Source of the DNA: an uncultured Verrucomicrobiota bacterium | GTDB taxonomy: Bacteria > Auribacterota > JABMQX01 | Assembly (NCBI GenBank): GCA_964482435.1 | Contig: CAYZXL010000006.1 | Location: 64,661 to 128,660 of the forward strand | Length of the DNA: 64,000 nucleotides | Direction of reading: 5' to 3' | Shown: piece after piece, positions 8,354 through 18,523 of the stretch | Layout: each line of letters opens with the position of its first letter | How positions within the stretch are numbered: the first letter of the stretch is position 1 | The notes under the pieces: model-generated | What the model saw: the letters and a program-made list of their open reading frames with translations, nothing else | The model's database searches: none | What the model was told of the DNA's origin: nothing | Program-made: the position numbers and the translations under genes

Positions 8354-9190
8354 TCACAGCCCGGCGAGGACACGGTCGAGGGCGAATTTGGCTTTCTGAG
8401 CGGCGGCGGCCAGTCCGAGTTTCTGAAGTTCCTTGTCGAAGACCTCGACGGAGAGGAAGCCGTCGTAGCCCTTGTTCTTGAGGGCGCGCAACATGCCCTT
8501 CAAATCAATGATTCCTTCGCCCGGGAGAACCCTCTCCAAATCTATCTGCTGGTCGAGGGGCTTGTTAGGGGCGTCATTGATGTGGACGTAAACAATCATT
8601 TCTTGAGGCAACGCTTCGATCTGGGAAATCGTCCCGCCCGTCGTGAACCAGTGGAAGCTGTCGAAAAGAAGCCCGACGTTTGGCTGATTGATCGCGGCAA
8701 TCAATTCCAGGTCCCCGTCGAGAGTGTGAATGAAGTCGTGCTTTCGAGTGCGGGCTGTAGCTGGACCAACCCACTCGATGGCGAAGCAAATTCCGACATG
8801 GCCGAGAATCTTTGCACACTCCCTCAGCCGCCGGACAACCCGGCAGGTGAATTCCGCTGCCGGCTGGTCCGTCGAGGGGGGCAGCCATGTGACGCATCGC
8901 GCGCAGCCGACTTCTCTGGCGATTGCAGAAAGACGCGGCAAATCTTTTAGCCCTTCCATGAACTTCGCCTCGTCCCTGCGAAACTCCACCGGCAGCCCGA
9001 AAGCCGCCAGCTTGACGCCCGCCCCGGCGAGCAATTTCCTGACGCCCTCAAGGGATTTCTTTTCAACCTCCTCCGCGACGGAGACGATGTTGTAGTCAAC
9101 GCCGCCGAAGCCGAGTTTTCCGGCGACGGCCGCGAACTCCTCTAAGCTTTTGCTCCCTCCCGTCGTAGCGGGATTCAAACACGGAATCAT
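8354..9190 (-). CDS. Sugar phosphate isomerase/epimerase (xylose-isomerase-like TIM barrel)
   Basis: 278 aa. Typical family layout (MIPCLNPATT...EEFAAVAGKLGFGGVDY..., ...VHINDAP...). It is the last gene of the sugar ABC operon. Confidence 0.8.
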   Translation of the reverse strand: MIPCLNPATTGGSKSLEEFAAVAGKLGFGGVDYNIVSVAEEVEKKSLEGVRKLLAGAGVKLAAFGLPVEFRRDEAKFMEGLKDLPRLSAIAREVGCARCVTWLPPSTDQPAAEFTCRVVRRLRECAKILGHVGICFAIEWVGPATARTRKHDFIHTLDGDLELIAAINQPNVGLLFDSFHWFTTGGTISQIEALPQEMIVYVHINDAPNKPLDQQIDLERVLPGEGIIDLKGMLRALKNKGYDGFLSVEVFDKELQKLGLAAAAQKAKFALDRVLAGL

Positions 9191-9245
9191 TGCTGGTTTC
9201 CTTTCTTTTGTGTTTCCCGAAAGACGACTGCCTGGACGAGGAGAC

Positions 9246-10226
9246 TCACAATCCGCCTCCTTCGATTTTTCGCCTTCTGAATTGGTCGAACGCGACAGCG
9301 AGGACGATCAAGGCGCCAATGACGATTTTCTGGACGTAATCGGAGATGCGCAGAAGGGTGCACCCGTTCAAGAGAAGCGCCATCAGGAGCGCACCTGCAA
9401 TTGTTCCGGAGACCGTTCCCTCGCCCCCCATGAGGCTTCCGCCGCCAATGACCACTGCGGCGATGACCTTCAGCTCGTACCCCTCCCCAGCCGTCGGCTG
9501 GCCGCTGACGAGGGACGAGAATTCGACCATCCCCGCCAGCCCCGTGAGAAAACCACAAACGGCGTAAATCATGACGATATATGCCCCGACGTTTATCCCG
9601 GAATGCCGGGCAGCTTCGACGTTGCTCCCGATGGCATAGGAATATCTTCCCAGGCGAGTGTATCGAAGAGCGAGACTCGCAATAATGGCGACGACAAGGA
9701 TGAGAACCAGGGGAATGGGGATGACCCCGAACACATTCCCGTTCCTCAGATTCCCAAACGAGCGAGGAATGCCCTCGTCAACCGGCAATCCCTTCGTTAT
9801 CACGAGCACAAGCCCGCGAAAAGCCTGCATCGTCCCCAGGGTCGCAATGAACGGCGAGATTTTCAGACGAGAAATCACGAAACCGTTGAGCAGTCCGAGC
9901 ACTAATCCCGCAAGGGAACCCACAACCACTGCCACAACAATCGGAACGCCGATGCTCATCAGCAACGTCCCGCAGATGCCCCCAAGCGCCATCATCGAGC
10001 CGATTGACAGGTCAATCCCGCCGGAGGCAATCACGAAGGTCATGCCTACCGCCATAATGATAATCTGGGAGTGCTGGCGAATGATGTTCGATATGTTTTG
10101 CCACGTCCGAAAGTACGGCGACCAGATTGCCAGGACACCTCCGATGACAACCACGCTGACAAATGGCAGGAGCTTCTCGTAGGAGGTTTTGAGGATTTCG
10201 GTTCTCTCGGACGTTCTCATTACCAT
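9246..10226 (-). CDS. Sugar ABC transporter permease (RbsC/AraH family)
   Basis: 326 aa, about 9-10 TM segments. Family motifs include GGIDLSIGSMMAL and VIGGGSLMGGEGTVSGTIAGAL. Confidence 0.9.
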   Translation of the reverse strand: MVMRTSERTEILKTSYEKLLPFVSVVVIGGVLAIWSPYFRTWQNISNIIRQHSQIIIMAVGMTFVIASGGIDLSIGSMMALGGICGTLLMSIGVPIVVAVVVGSLAGLVLGLLNGFVISRLKISPFIATLGTMQAFRGLVLVITKGLPVDEGIPRSFGNLRNGNVFGVIPIPLVLILVVAIIASLALRYTRLGRYSYAIGSNVEAARHSGINVGAYIVMIYAVCGFLTGLAGMVEFSSLVSGQPTAGEGYELKVIAAVVIGGGSLMGGEGTVSGTIAGALLMALLLNGCTLLRISDYVQKIVIGALIVLAVAFDQFRRRKIEGGGL

Positions 10227-10244
10227 TCACCACTGCTGCGGGAT

Positions 10245-11753
10245 TCAGGCTGCCTGCTCGGCGCCAAGCGCTGCAAGACGAAGAATTTCCTCCTGATTTG
10301 TCTGCCGAGGGTCGAGCTCGCCGACAATCCGCCCCCGGCGCATGACGAGGATGCGGTCGCTCATTCCGAGGATTTCGGGGAGTTCCGACGAAATCATCAA
10401 AATCGCCGCTCCCATTCGGGTCAGTTCGACGAAGAGCTCGAACACATCTCTCTTTGCAGCGATGTCTATCCCCCTGGTCGGTTCGTCGAAAACGATGACC
10501 TTTGACTGAGCAAAAAGCCACTTGGCGATGGCAACCTTTTGCTGATTGCCGCCGCTCAGCCGCAAGACTTTTTGGCGAATCGAGGGCGTCACAACTCTCA
10601 AACGGGTAACGTATTGCCGCGCGACTTCTTTCTCACGGCGAAGGTCAATCTTTCCGAAGGAAACAAGTTTCTTCAAATTGGAAAGACTAATATTGGACGA
10701 GACGTCAAGCCCCAGAGCAAGTCCGGTAACCTTCCTGTCTTCTGTCAGATAGCCCATGCCCGCGGCGATCGCCCTCGCCGGAGAAACCTGATGGATTTCC
10801 TTCCCCAGGACGAAGATTTTCCCCAAATCTATCCTGTCGAGGCCGAAGATCGCTCTTGCCAGCTCGGTCCGGCCAGCCCCGACGAGACCGGCCACTCCGA
10901 GGATTTCACCGGCCTGGAGCCTGAACGAGATGTCGTGCAGAACGCCCGCCCGCGAAAGGTGCTCGACCCGCACAATCTCCTCTCCAATCCTACCTTCTTT
11001 CTTCGGGAACATCGCCGAGAGCTCTCGCCCGACCATGTGCCGAATAATCTCCGACATCGGCATGGATGCGAAGGGGGCGGTGATAATTTTCTCTCCGTCG
11101 CGGAGGATGGTGATGCGGTCAGCCACCTCGTGCAACTCCTCGAGACGATGGGAGATATATATAACGCTCACCCCCTTCGCCCTCAAACGATGAATGACCC
11201 GGAAAAACTCTTCCGCTTCTTTCGCCGAGAGGCAGGACGTCGGCTCGTCCATGATGATGACCTCGCTTTCAGCGGCTAAGGCCCTGGCAATCTCGACGAG
11301 CTGTCGCTGCGCGATCCGGAGACGAAGCACAGTCGCAGAGGGATCAAGGTCGAAGTGGTTTTCATCCAGAAGCTGCTTCCCCTGTCGAAACAGGGACCGG
11401 CGGTCAATGACCCCGAGCTTCTTCTGGCGGAGCGGCTCGCGTCCGAGGTAGAGATTCTCAGCGACGGTCAGGTGCTGGGCGAGGGTCAGCTCCTGGTGAA
11501 CCATGGCGATGCCGAGGCGGAGAGAGGCGGTCGGCGAACTGACCTCAACGGGCTTTCCTTTCCAGACGATTTGCCCCGAATCGGCTGCGTGAATGCCCGC
11601 GAGTATTTTCATGAGGGTGGATTTCCCCGCCCCGTTCTCGCCGACGACAGCGTGCACTTCCCCTTTCATCAGGTCGAAGTCAACGTCCCGGAGGACGCGG
11701 ACCCCCGAGAACAACTTGTTGATTCCGAGCATCTGAAGAATCGGCTGGCTCAT
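10245..11753 (-). CDS. Sugar ABC transporter ATP-binding protein with two ABC domains (RbsA-like)
   Basis: 502 aa. Walker A GENGAGKSTL, two signature motifs (LRIAQRQLVEIARAL, LSGGNQQKVAIAKWL) and Walker B IIMDEPT/IVFDEPTRGID. It overlaps the upstream gene by 4 nt. Confidence 0.95.
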   Translation of the reverse strand: MSQPILQMLGINKLFSGVRVLRDVDFDLMKGEVHAVVGENGAGKSTLMKILAGIHAADSGQIVWKGKPVEVSSPTASLRLGIAMVHQELTLAQHLTVAENLYLGREPLRQKKLGVIDRRSLFRQGKQLLDENHFDLDPSATVLRLRIAQRQLVEIARALAAESEVIIMDEPTSCLSAKEAEEFFRVIHRLRAKGVSVIYISHRLEELHEVADRITILRDGEKIITAPFASMPMSEIIRHMVGRELSAMFPKKEGRIGEEIVRVEHLSRAGVLHDISFRLQAGEILGVAGLVGAGRTELARAIFGLDRIDLGKIFVLGKEIHQVSPARAIAAGMGYLTEDRKVTGLALGLDVSSNISLSNLKKLVSFGKIDLRREKEVARQYVTRLRVVTPSIRQKVLRLSGGNQQKVAIAKWLFAQSKVIVFDEPTRGIDIAAKRDVFELFVELTRMGAAILMISSELPEILGMSDRILVMRRGRIVGELDPRQTNQEEILRLAALGAEQAA

Positions 11754-12766
11754 CTGCGCTCGAGTATTTCCGCCATCCTCTCGGCGGCCATGACCCCACC
11801 CTGGTAGTTGTCAGTTGCGACGAAGGAGACGTATTGCCCAGTATCCGCACCAGAGTCGAAGATTGTCAGGGGAATTCCTTCTTTCGCCGCCCGCTCAATG
11901 TAAGGAACAAGGGCTTTCCGGTCCGTTGGCGCGAGAACAATCCCGTCAACTTTCTGGGTGATGAAGTCCTCGACAATCCGAACCTGCTCGGCGTAATCGG
12001 TCTCCGTCGTGGGCGCTTTCCAGAGCACCCTCGCGCCGAGGTCCAGCCCGGCGGCGATGGCCCCCGCGTGCACGGTCTGCCAGAAGATGTGCACCTGGCT
12101 CTTGGGGATGACCGCGATAACCTTCTTTCCCTCGCCGGAAGTGACTTCGCCCTCTCTCTGGAGGTATTTTTTGATGTCGGGATTGAGAAGCGACTGTATC
12201 TCCGGGGTGGCGATGTTGTCTCGCGTAATCAGCGTGGCTTTGGTGGCGATGTTTTTTGGAGGAGCTTTGCCGCTCAGTTTGTCAACGACGGTCTTCACGC
12301 CCTGGTAGCCTATGTTGAAAGGGTCCTGGACAACGAGCGAATCAATCGTCCTGTCCTTGACTCCTGCCTCGAGGCTGGGCGAGGAATCAAACCCGATGAG
12401 TTTGACTTTCCCGGCAAGTCCGCGCGCTCTGACCGCCTCGAGGGCGCCCACGGTGCTCGATTCGTTGGAGGCGAAAATGCCGTTGAGGTCCGGATTGGCG
12501 GTCAGAAGGTCCTCGGAGACGGCCAGCGACTTCGCCCGGTCGGACATGCCGTATCTGGAGTCCACCACGACCATCCTTGCGGAATACTTGTTCTTGACGG
12601 TGTTCATGAAGCCGTTTTCGCGCGCAGTCGTTGAAGCACTCCCCGGAACGACTTTAATCACCACAAGCTTCGCCTTTCCTTCCGCACCTTCTTTCTTGCG
12701 GCACCCGACCGTCGGCAGGACAAGCACGGCGAGAACGATGGCAATGAGAAAGCGCTTCATAAGCAA
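11750..12766 (-). CDS. Periplasmic sugar-binding protein (RbsB-like, PBP type 1), probable lipoprotein
   Basis: 338 aa. Signal peptide MLMKRFLIAIVLAVLVLPTVGC, then a typical PBP1 sugar-binding sequence (NGIFASNESSTVGALEAV...VKLIGFDSS...VVQDPFNIGYQG). Confidence 0.9.
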   Translation of the reverse strand: MLMKRFLIAIVLAVLVLPTVGCRKKEGAEGKAKLVVIKVVPGSASTTARENGFMNTVKNKYSARMVVVDSRYGMSDRAKSLAVSEDLLTANPDLNGIFASNESSTVGALEAVRARGLAGKVKLIGFDSSPSLEAGVKDRTIDSLVVQDPFNIGYQGVKTVVDKLSGKAPPKNIATKATLITRDNIATPEIQSLLNPDIKKYLQREGEVTSGEGKKVIAVIPKSQVHIFWQTVHAGAIAAGLDLGARVLWKAPTTETDYAEQVRIVEDFITQKVDGIVLAPTDRKALVPYIERAAKEGIPLTIFDSGADTGQYVSFVATDNYQGGVMAAERMAEILERR

Positions 12767-12918
12767 AACCCCCTTCTATTTGTTTGCGAACGAACGGGTG
12801 TCTCCTCTATTATTCTCGGCTGGACGGCGGGAAGTTTAGCAGACAAGAAGGCCGTTTTCATTTCTTTTTTGGGCGAGGCTGCGAAAAAGGAGATGCAGGC
12901 AGGGAGAAAGTTCTCGAG

Positions 12919-13989
12919 ATGAAAGAGAAATCTTACAAGGCTGCCATCCTTGTTGCGCCAGAGCAAATCCGCCTGGAGTCTCGCCCTGCGCCCGAACTCT
13001 CGAGAGGCGAAGTCGCGGTCCGAGTCGCGTATGCAGGCGTCTGCGGAACAGACATCGCCATCTGCTCCGGGGGATATGTCGTGCCGCTGCCCGTTGTCCT
13101 CGGACACGAATTCACGGGGCATGTGTCCGACGTGGGAGAGGATGCTCCGCCGGACCTTATCGGGAAATTGGTGACCGCGGAGATCAACAATACATGTTTG
13201 AGCTATGACCGCGCTGAAAAATGCCCGGCTTGTCGTCGGGGATTCCCCAATCACTGCACACAAAGGACGGTCCTGGGAATTGTCCGGTGCGACGGGGCTT
13301 TTGCAGAGATCCTCCGCCTTCCCTTCCGCAACGTCCACGTTCTGCCTGACACCATTTCGCCCCGGGAAGGGATTTTTGTAGAACCGCTGGCTGCTGCCAT
13401 GCAGACGTTTGAGCTTTCGCCCGTCGGAGAAGGAGAGGTGGTAGTCGTGCTCGGAGTCGGAAGGCTCGGCATGCTCCTGTGCGCAGTCGCAAAAGAGAGA
13501 GACGCGAGGGTCGTGGCCGTGGACCCGAATGAGGACGCGCTCGAAAGAGCAAGGAACTTCGGAGCCGATCACGCCCTTCTCGGAAGTGCGGAGGAGGCGG
13601 CGCCGGAGGTCAAGCGGCTGACCCAGGGCCTCGGCGCCGACATGGTGATTGATGCGACGGGCAACCCGGAGGGACTCAACGACGCTCTGAGATTGGTCCG
13701 CCCTCGCGGAACAGTTGCTCTCAAGACGACGTGCGGTCTGCCATCTTCTCCGCTTGACGCGACGCCAATCGTCGTGGACGAGATTCGGATTCAGGGCTCC
13801 CGCTGCGGTCCTTTCGCAAAAGCGATTGAGATGATTAGCAACAAGCGAATCAACGTCGCGTCCCTCATCTCAAGCGTATTCCCCTTGGATGGCCTGAAGG
13901 AGGCGATAGAAGCCGCAAGACGAGAGACGAAAATCCTGGTCGCAACTTCCCACGCCGCGCCAGTCGCCGTGAAAGCCTTGGCCTCCTGA
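12919..13989 (+). CDS. Zinc-dependent alcohol/sugar dehydrogenase (MDR family)
   Basis: Track ORF 12784..13989. ATG 12919 gives MKEKSYKAAIL...GEVAVRVAYAGVCGTDIAICSG...GHEFTGHV plus a Rossmann motif VVVLGVGRLG. It is divergent from the sugar ABC operon. Confidence 0.9.
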   Translation: MKEKSYKAAILVAPEQIRLESRPAPELSRGEVAVRVAYAGVCGTDIAICSGGYVVPLPVVLGHEFTGHVSDVGEDAPPDLIGKLVTAEINNTCLSYDRAEKCPACRRGFPNHCTQRTVLGIVRCDGAFAEILRLPFRNVHVLPDTISPREGIFVEPLAAAMQTFELSPVGEGEVVVVLGVGRLGMLLCAVAKERDARVVAVDPNEDALERARNFGADHALLGSAEEAAPEVKRLTQGLGADMVIDATGNPEGLNDALRLVRPRGTVALKTTCGLPSSPLDATPIVVDEIRIQGSRCGPFAKAIEMISNKRINVASLISSVFPLDGLKEAIEAARRETKILVATSHAAPVAVKALAS

Positions 13990-14014
13990 CGCAAGGCATC
14001 CTGCGCAAAAGCGG

Positions 14015-15124
14015 TCAGCGCCCCTCGGCGGAAATCCGGCTGCGGCCCTCGGCGGACGACTCAATCCAGGCGCCGCCGAGGACAGTCTCGCTCTGGTAGA
14101 AAACGGCCGCCTGCCCGGGGGCGATGGCGCGCTCCGGCTTCTCGAAGACGACGCGAACCCGGCCGCCGTCGAGAGGAGTCACGAGGGCTTTCGTGCCGGG
14201 ATGGTTGTATCGGACTTTGACGTCCGCCTGAATCGGCTCTTCGGGTGCGCTGCCCGAAACCCAAACGGCCTCTTTCGCCACAAGCTCGCTCTTGAACAAT
14301 TCCTCATCCGTTCCGGCGACGATGCTGTTGTCTTCGGCGTCTATGGAAAGGACATAGAGCGGCTTGTCGCTGGCAATCCCCATTCCTCGACGCTGGCCGA
14401 TAGTATAAAGAGCGATGCTTCCGTGCCGGCCAATCTCGTTCCCCTTCGTGTCGTAGATTGGACCCGGGCGAAGCTTCTCGGGAATCGATTTCGTCAAGAA
14501 CGACTCATATCGGTTCTCGGCGACGAAACACACTTCCTGGCTCTCGGGCTTTCCGTGAACCTTCAGGCCGAGCTCGCCCGCCAGCCGCCGCACCTCCTCC
14601 TTTGTCATCTCGCCGAGAGGAAAGATAATCTTACCGAGCATCTCCTGCGTCAGCATGTAGAGAAAGTACGACTGATCCTTCGTCCCGTCCGCGCCTTTGC
14701 GGAGGAGAAAAGACCCGTCCTCTCTTTTCTCAATGCGCGCGTAATGGCCCGTCGCGACGTAGTCCACGTCGAGGATTTTCGCCAGACGCAAAAGCTCCGG
14801 AAACTTCAGCTCGCGGTTGCAGACGATGCAGGGGTTGGGTGTTCGACCGGAGACGTACTCGTCGCAAAAATAATCAATCACCGCCTGACGGAACTTCTGC
14901 CGACGATTGACCGCGTAGAAGCGTACGTCGAGTTGATGGCAGACCGACCTGGCGTCCTCGACGGCCTGCGCACCGCAGCAAGCATCGGCTCGTTGGGCGT
15001 CGAACTCTCGAGGGAGAAGCACAAGAGTAACGCCGAGGACTTCGTATCCCTGCTTCTTGAGGAGGGCAGCCGCGACGCTGCTGTCCACCCCTCCGCTCAT
15101 TCCAACGATGACTTTCTTGCTCAT
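14015..15124 (-). CDS. mnmA: tRNA 2-thiouridine(34) synthase MnmA
   Basis: 369 aa. PP-loop VIVGMSGGVDSSVAA. Conserved RTPNPCIVCNRELKF, ATGHYAR and KDQSYFL. Confidence 0.95.
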   Translation of the reverse strand: MSKKVIVGMSGGVDSSVAAALLKKQGYEVLGVTLVLLPREFDAQRADACCGAQAVEDARSVCHQLDVRFYAVNRRQKFRQAVIDYFCDEYVSGRTPNPCIVCNRELKFPELLRLAKILDVDYVATGHYARIEKREDGSFLLRKGADGTKDQSYFLYMLTQEMLGKIIFPLGEMTKEEVRRLAGELGLKVHGKPESQEVCFVAENRYESFLTKSIPEKLRPGPIYDTKGNEIGRHGSIALYTIGQRRGMGIASDKPLYVLSIDAEDNSIVAGTDEELFKSELVAKEAVWVSGSAPEEPIQADVKVRYNHPGTKALVTPLDGGRVRVVFEKPERAIAPGQAAVFYQSETVLGGAWIESSAEGRSRISAEGR

Positions 15125-15133
15125 ACTGGGATA

Positions 15134-15163
15134 ACCGCAGAGGTTGCTGAGAACGCAGAAGAA
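15134..15163. repeat. R3-type nonamer repeat copy (degenerate)
   Basis: aaCCGCAGAGGttGCTGAGAACGCAGAAGAa lies between the beta-helix gene stop and the mnmA start. It is related to the GCAGAGRAC units at 8215, 17213-17274 and 20390. Confidence 0.45.
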
Positions 15164-15181
15164 AAGGGACCTCGCCGAGCC

Positions 15182-17032
15182 TCACGGTGACTCCGGATAA
15201 GCATATCCCATGTCCACGCCGTTTTGCCCGGCGCCGCGGCAGGGGGAAGCGTCCTGAAGCCTGTAGTTGTTCTCGTCGGGGGCGACGAAAAGCGGGTCGT
15301 CGTTGATGTTCCCCTCGCCGGGGAAAAGAGGATCTCCCTGGAGGTCGCAGAAAGTTATGCTGATGTCCTCGATTGGATAGTCCGTCTGAACGGCTCGGTC
15401 GTGGTCCCAGAGGATGCAGTTGGTAACGTAGTATTTGATAACGGCGTCCGGGTCGTTGTATTTGTTCCTCGATTGGACGCTGACGCGGTTTCGGACAATG
15501 GTGACCCTGTCCGCGTAAACGTCCGTTCCGTCTCCTTTGGCAGAAATGCCGTAGTCGTTGTCGAAGATCAGACAGTTCTTGATGTGCGGCGCTCCGTAGA
15601 AGACGCTGATGCCCTTGTCGAGGAAGCCGTGAATGATGCAGTTCTCGATGACGGGCGTTGAGCTGAGGGTATCTATCCCGTCGTCGCCACCGATGGCAAA
15701 AACGGTGTTCGTGACGGACATGTTCCCCTGGCCGTGAAGGTAGAGCGGGTCGTTATCGGCGACATCGCCGCCCATGGGCATCTCGATGAAGAAGCATCTG
15801 TCTATCGAAATGTCGGTGTCAACGACCTCCATCCCCATTTCTGAACGCGCAAGGAGACAGTGCGTAAACCTCAAATTCCCGTTTGTGCTGTAGAGGCCCT
15901 TTCCGTAATTGTCCATGAAATTGGAGTAATCGAACTCGATCTCCGCGTGATTCACGCGCACAACCGGTCCTTTTGCGGTGTGCCCGGCGCCGGGCGAATC
16001 GCCGCCCCGGATGAAGAACGTGCCGCGGTAGATGGATTTAGCGGTGGTATCCGAATGCGAAATCTCTCCCCAGGGAGCATCAGGATTCGCCGCCGCAAAA
16101 AGGACCGGGTGCTCGACGGTGCCGAGGCACTCGACGGTTCCGTAAACGAAAATGGATTTCTTCGGGTCGAGGAGAATGATTGTGTCGGGATAGATTCGCA
16201 GCATAAGGCCGGCGGGAACGGTTACGTGTCCCGTCACGTGAACAATGCCGTCCGCTGGCTTCCATACGGTTAGCGGCTTGGTAAGCTGACCGCTCACTAC
16301 CACCTGGGCCGACGAAGACCCGAGGCTCAGAATTACCTTTTCGGCCGTGCTGTCCTGGAAGGTCGCGGCAATCACTGCCTCGCCTTCTCCCTGAACCGTC
16401 AAAAGACCGCTTGCCACGCCGTTGTGAACGGGCAGCGTTTGCGGCGAGAGGGAGACGCCGCTGGTGGTGGACAACGCGACCTGTCCGTCCCACACCTCCA
16501 AATCCACGGAGCCATCGGGTCGGAGGATCTCGATGCGTATCGCGCTGGGCAAGCCCGAGATGGCGCAGGCAGGCATCATGGTGCGCAGACGGGGAAATTC
16601 CTGGAGTTCCTCGGAGCTTGTTATGAACAGTCCCTTCCGGGAAACCCGCGGGATGGAGAAGTACTGCGTCTCCACGTCCGGCGTGTAGGTGCTATCCGTA
16701 GCCTCCCATTGCCCCTCGCCATTGAGTACCAGCAACGAGGTCTTCTGAAAACCCGGACAGAGCCACCTGACCATCAGGTCATCCTCGACCCGCACGACGG
16801 CGATGGCTTCGTCCGAAGCGGAAGTGTCCGGCCTGCCAGCCCAGAGACCTTGTGGCAATGCCACGCTCAGGAACAAGACCACCCACGAAATCGCTGCCGC
16901 CGGCCAGAGAAGACACCTTTCTGTACGCCGGTGTGCTTGTGACATCGGATGCCGATTTGAGGCTCTGTGCGTCAGCGCGACAGGCTGCATGTTGAAACCT
17001 CTCGAATCAAATCCTCGAAAAAAGAGCGACAT
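15182..17032 (-). CDS. Secreted right-handed parallel beta-helix (PbH1) repeat protein
   Basis: 616 aa with a hydrophobic signal-like segment LLWPAAAISWVVLFLSVALPQGLWA. PbH1-like coils include NCIIHGFLDKGISVFYGAPHIKNCLIFDNDYGISA. The C-terminal cap FCDLQGDPLFPGEGNINDDPLFVAPDENNYRLQDASPCRGAG...VDMGYAY is shared with the beta-helix proteins at 52849 and 59042. The start is uncertain (17032, 16990 or 16945). Confidence 0.8.
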   Translation of the reverse strand: MSLFFRGFDSRGFNMQPVALTHRASNRHPMSQAHRRTERCLLWPAAAISWVVLFLSVALPQGLWAGRPDTSASDEAIAVVRVEDDLMVRWLCPGFQKTSLLVLNGEGQWEATDSTYTPDVETQYFSIPRVSRKGLFITSSEELQEFPRLRTMMPACAISGLPSAIRIEILRPDGSVDLEVWDGQVALSTTSGVSLSPQTLPVHNGVASGLLTVQGEGEAVIAATFQDSTAEKVILSLGSSSAQVVVSGQLTKPLTVWKPADGIVHVTGHVTVPAGLMLRIYPDTIILLDPKKSIFVYGTVECLGTVEHPVLFAAANPDAPWGEISHSDTTAKSIYRGTFFIRGGDSPGAGHTAKGPVVRVNHAEIEFDYSNFMDNYGKGLYSTNGNLRFTHCLLARSEMGMEVVDTDISIDRCFFIEMPMGGDVADNDPLYLHGQGNMSVTNTVFAIGGDDGIDTLSSTPVIENCIIHGFLDKGISVFYGAPHIKNCLIFDNDYGISAKGDGTDVYADRVTIVRNRVSVQSRNKYNDPDAVIKYYVTNCILWDHDRAVQTDYPIEDISITFCDLQGDPLFPGEGNINDDPLFVAPDENNYRLQDASPCRGAGQNGVDMGYAYPESP

Positions 17033-17212
17033 TTTCGTGTCTCCAAATGCCTTTTGCGAGGCCCGTGTTATTATTATACCCTATCCTCGCTCCGAAAGCC
17101 ATCCCCAAAAGACGCTGACGTGGAAAGCCTCAGTCGTGTGCGGCAGAGCTTTTGCGGGATCGCAGGGTCGGGCCGCCCACGGCTGAAATACGCAACCCCA
17201 GAGCACGCGGAG

Positions 17213-17274
17213 GCCGCAGAGGGAAGTCTCCGTTGCCCTTTCCATTCTCTGCGTCCTCTGTGTCCTCTGCTGCG
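17213..17274. repeat. R3 nonamer repeats in inverted arrangement
   Basis: CCGCAGAGGGA (17213-17224) faces ttCTCTGCGtCCTCTGTGtCCTCTGCtgcg (17246-17274). Neighbouring mini-repeats are ggctgaaatacgc (17181) and CCCGCC-gaa-GGCGGG (about 17318-17335). Confidence 0.5.
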
Positions 17275-17696
17275 AAAATAAGCGCTACGCGGTCACCATT
17301 TGGACGAGAACTCTTTCTCCCGCCGAAGGCGGGAAGGACGCAAAGAAGCAAGCCCCATGAATTCGTGGCGTCTTAGCGTCTTGGCGAGAAAAAAGACGGT
17401 TGATAGAAAGATTTTCATCGTCTTCGGGTGAACGAAGTTCATGAGAAACTGCGGTTCGTTCCCGCCGGGACTCACGGGTCACGATGCAGGGCAGAAACGG
17501 CTTGACTTCGGGTTCGCCACGTGTGAAAAAGACACGGCGTCGAGAATCACCGACAGGTCGTTTCCACCACGACGTACTGCCGAAACCCGCCGATTAGCGG
17601 CCGGGTGATTCGGTTGACGGGAAGAAACGACGGCTGGTGGGTCATACCGCCAGCCGGTCATGTTCGACGCGAAGTTGCGGAACTCAGGAGGAGGAT

Positions 17697-18206
17697 ATGA
17701 GCAGGACAAAAGCAGTCGTATTTGCATTGACTCTCGCTATCGCGGCTATCGTTGGCGTCAGCTACCTGACGCCGCTGCTTCGAGGGGAAGAAGCCAGGGG
17801 CCGCACTTCGAGCGTCGGCACCCCGCCAACGGAAGCCTACACGACGTACAACTGGCAGCACGTCCGCATGGATGAAATGGAGCTTAGCAAGCTCGGTGGC
17901 GGCTCTGTTGAAGAGGGGTTGAACGCCCTCGGCGACGAGGGATATGAGTTGTTCATCGTCACGTCTGTAATCGAATCGGGCGGGGCTGGCTATCACTTCT
18001 TCAAGCGTCCTCCCTGGGATAAGCCGTTTCCTCGCTTGAAGCTCGGGTATAAGCGAGCGGATACCAAAGAGATTACGGAGCTGGGTGGCGGTTCGTACAA
18101 GGACGGCTTGACCAAGATGGAGAAAGAGTGGTGGGAACTCGTCGCCGTCACCGTGAAAAAGGATGGCGGCGTCGGATACCACTACTTCATGCGCCCGAAG
18201 CGATGA
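17697..18206 (+). CDS. Membrane-anchored protein with two DUF4177-like domains
   Basis: Track ORF 17637..18206. ATG 17697 follows AGGAGGAGGA. Signal/anchor MSRTKAVVFALTLAIAAIVGVSYL. Two internal repeats: ELSKLGGGSVEEGLNALGDEGYELFIVTSV..GGAGYHFFKR and ITELGGGSYKDGLTKMEKEWWELVAVTVKKDGGVGYHYFMR. Confidence 0.6.
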   Translation: MSRTKAVVFALTLAIAAIVGVSYLTPLLRGEEARGRTSSVGTPPTEAYTTYNWQHVRMDEMELSKLGGGSVEEGLNALGDEGYELFIVTSVIESGGAGYHFFKRPPWDKPFPRLKLGYKRADTKEITELGGGSYKDGLTKMEKEWWELVAVTVKKDGGVGYHYFMRPKR

Positions 18207-18449
18207 TTGTCTTCCTGGCGGCGAGCGAACGGTTCGGGGCATTCACGTCCCCCTTCCGGCACCGCCTTCCAAGCAAGAAGTCCCCAGGAGGTGGGACATT
18301 GGGCTCTGGGGCACCGCGCCGACAGGGCAGTGCCGACCGTGGTGACGAGCGTTAACGCGCCGGCGTCGGCTGGCAGTTCTTCTTCCACCTGAAGGATGAT
18401 CCCCATTCTACCTCGCAGAGACAGCCTGGCCCCTTCACCCTTTTCCGCC

Positions 18450-18490
18450 TTGGAATTGTTCAGTCACCCTGGTATGATCCTTAACAATTC
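18450..18490 (+). promoter_or_regulatory. Candidate sigma70 promoter of bioB overlapped by a BirA-operator-like inverted repeat
   Basis: TTGGAA (18450-18455), 17-nt spacer, TATGAT (18473-18478). Inverted repeat GAATTGTT (18453-18460) / AACAATTC (18483-18490). Half-sites TTGTTCAG-N16-CTTAACAA resemble TTGTwAAC-type bioO sites. Confidence 0.45.
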
Positions 18491-18523
18491 AGAAAGCGAG
18501 TTAGGTCTGGGAGGGCGCGACTC

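Noticed and set aside
17130-17727. Small ORFs in the 17.1-17.7 kb gap (17130..17351(-), 17152..17376, 17285..17482(-), 17293..17475(-), 17479..17727(-))
   Set aside because: They overlap one another in several frames and consist of translated repeat units (AEDTEDAE, RQDAKTPR). No start context is present.
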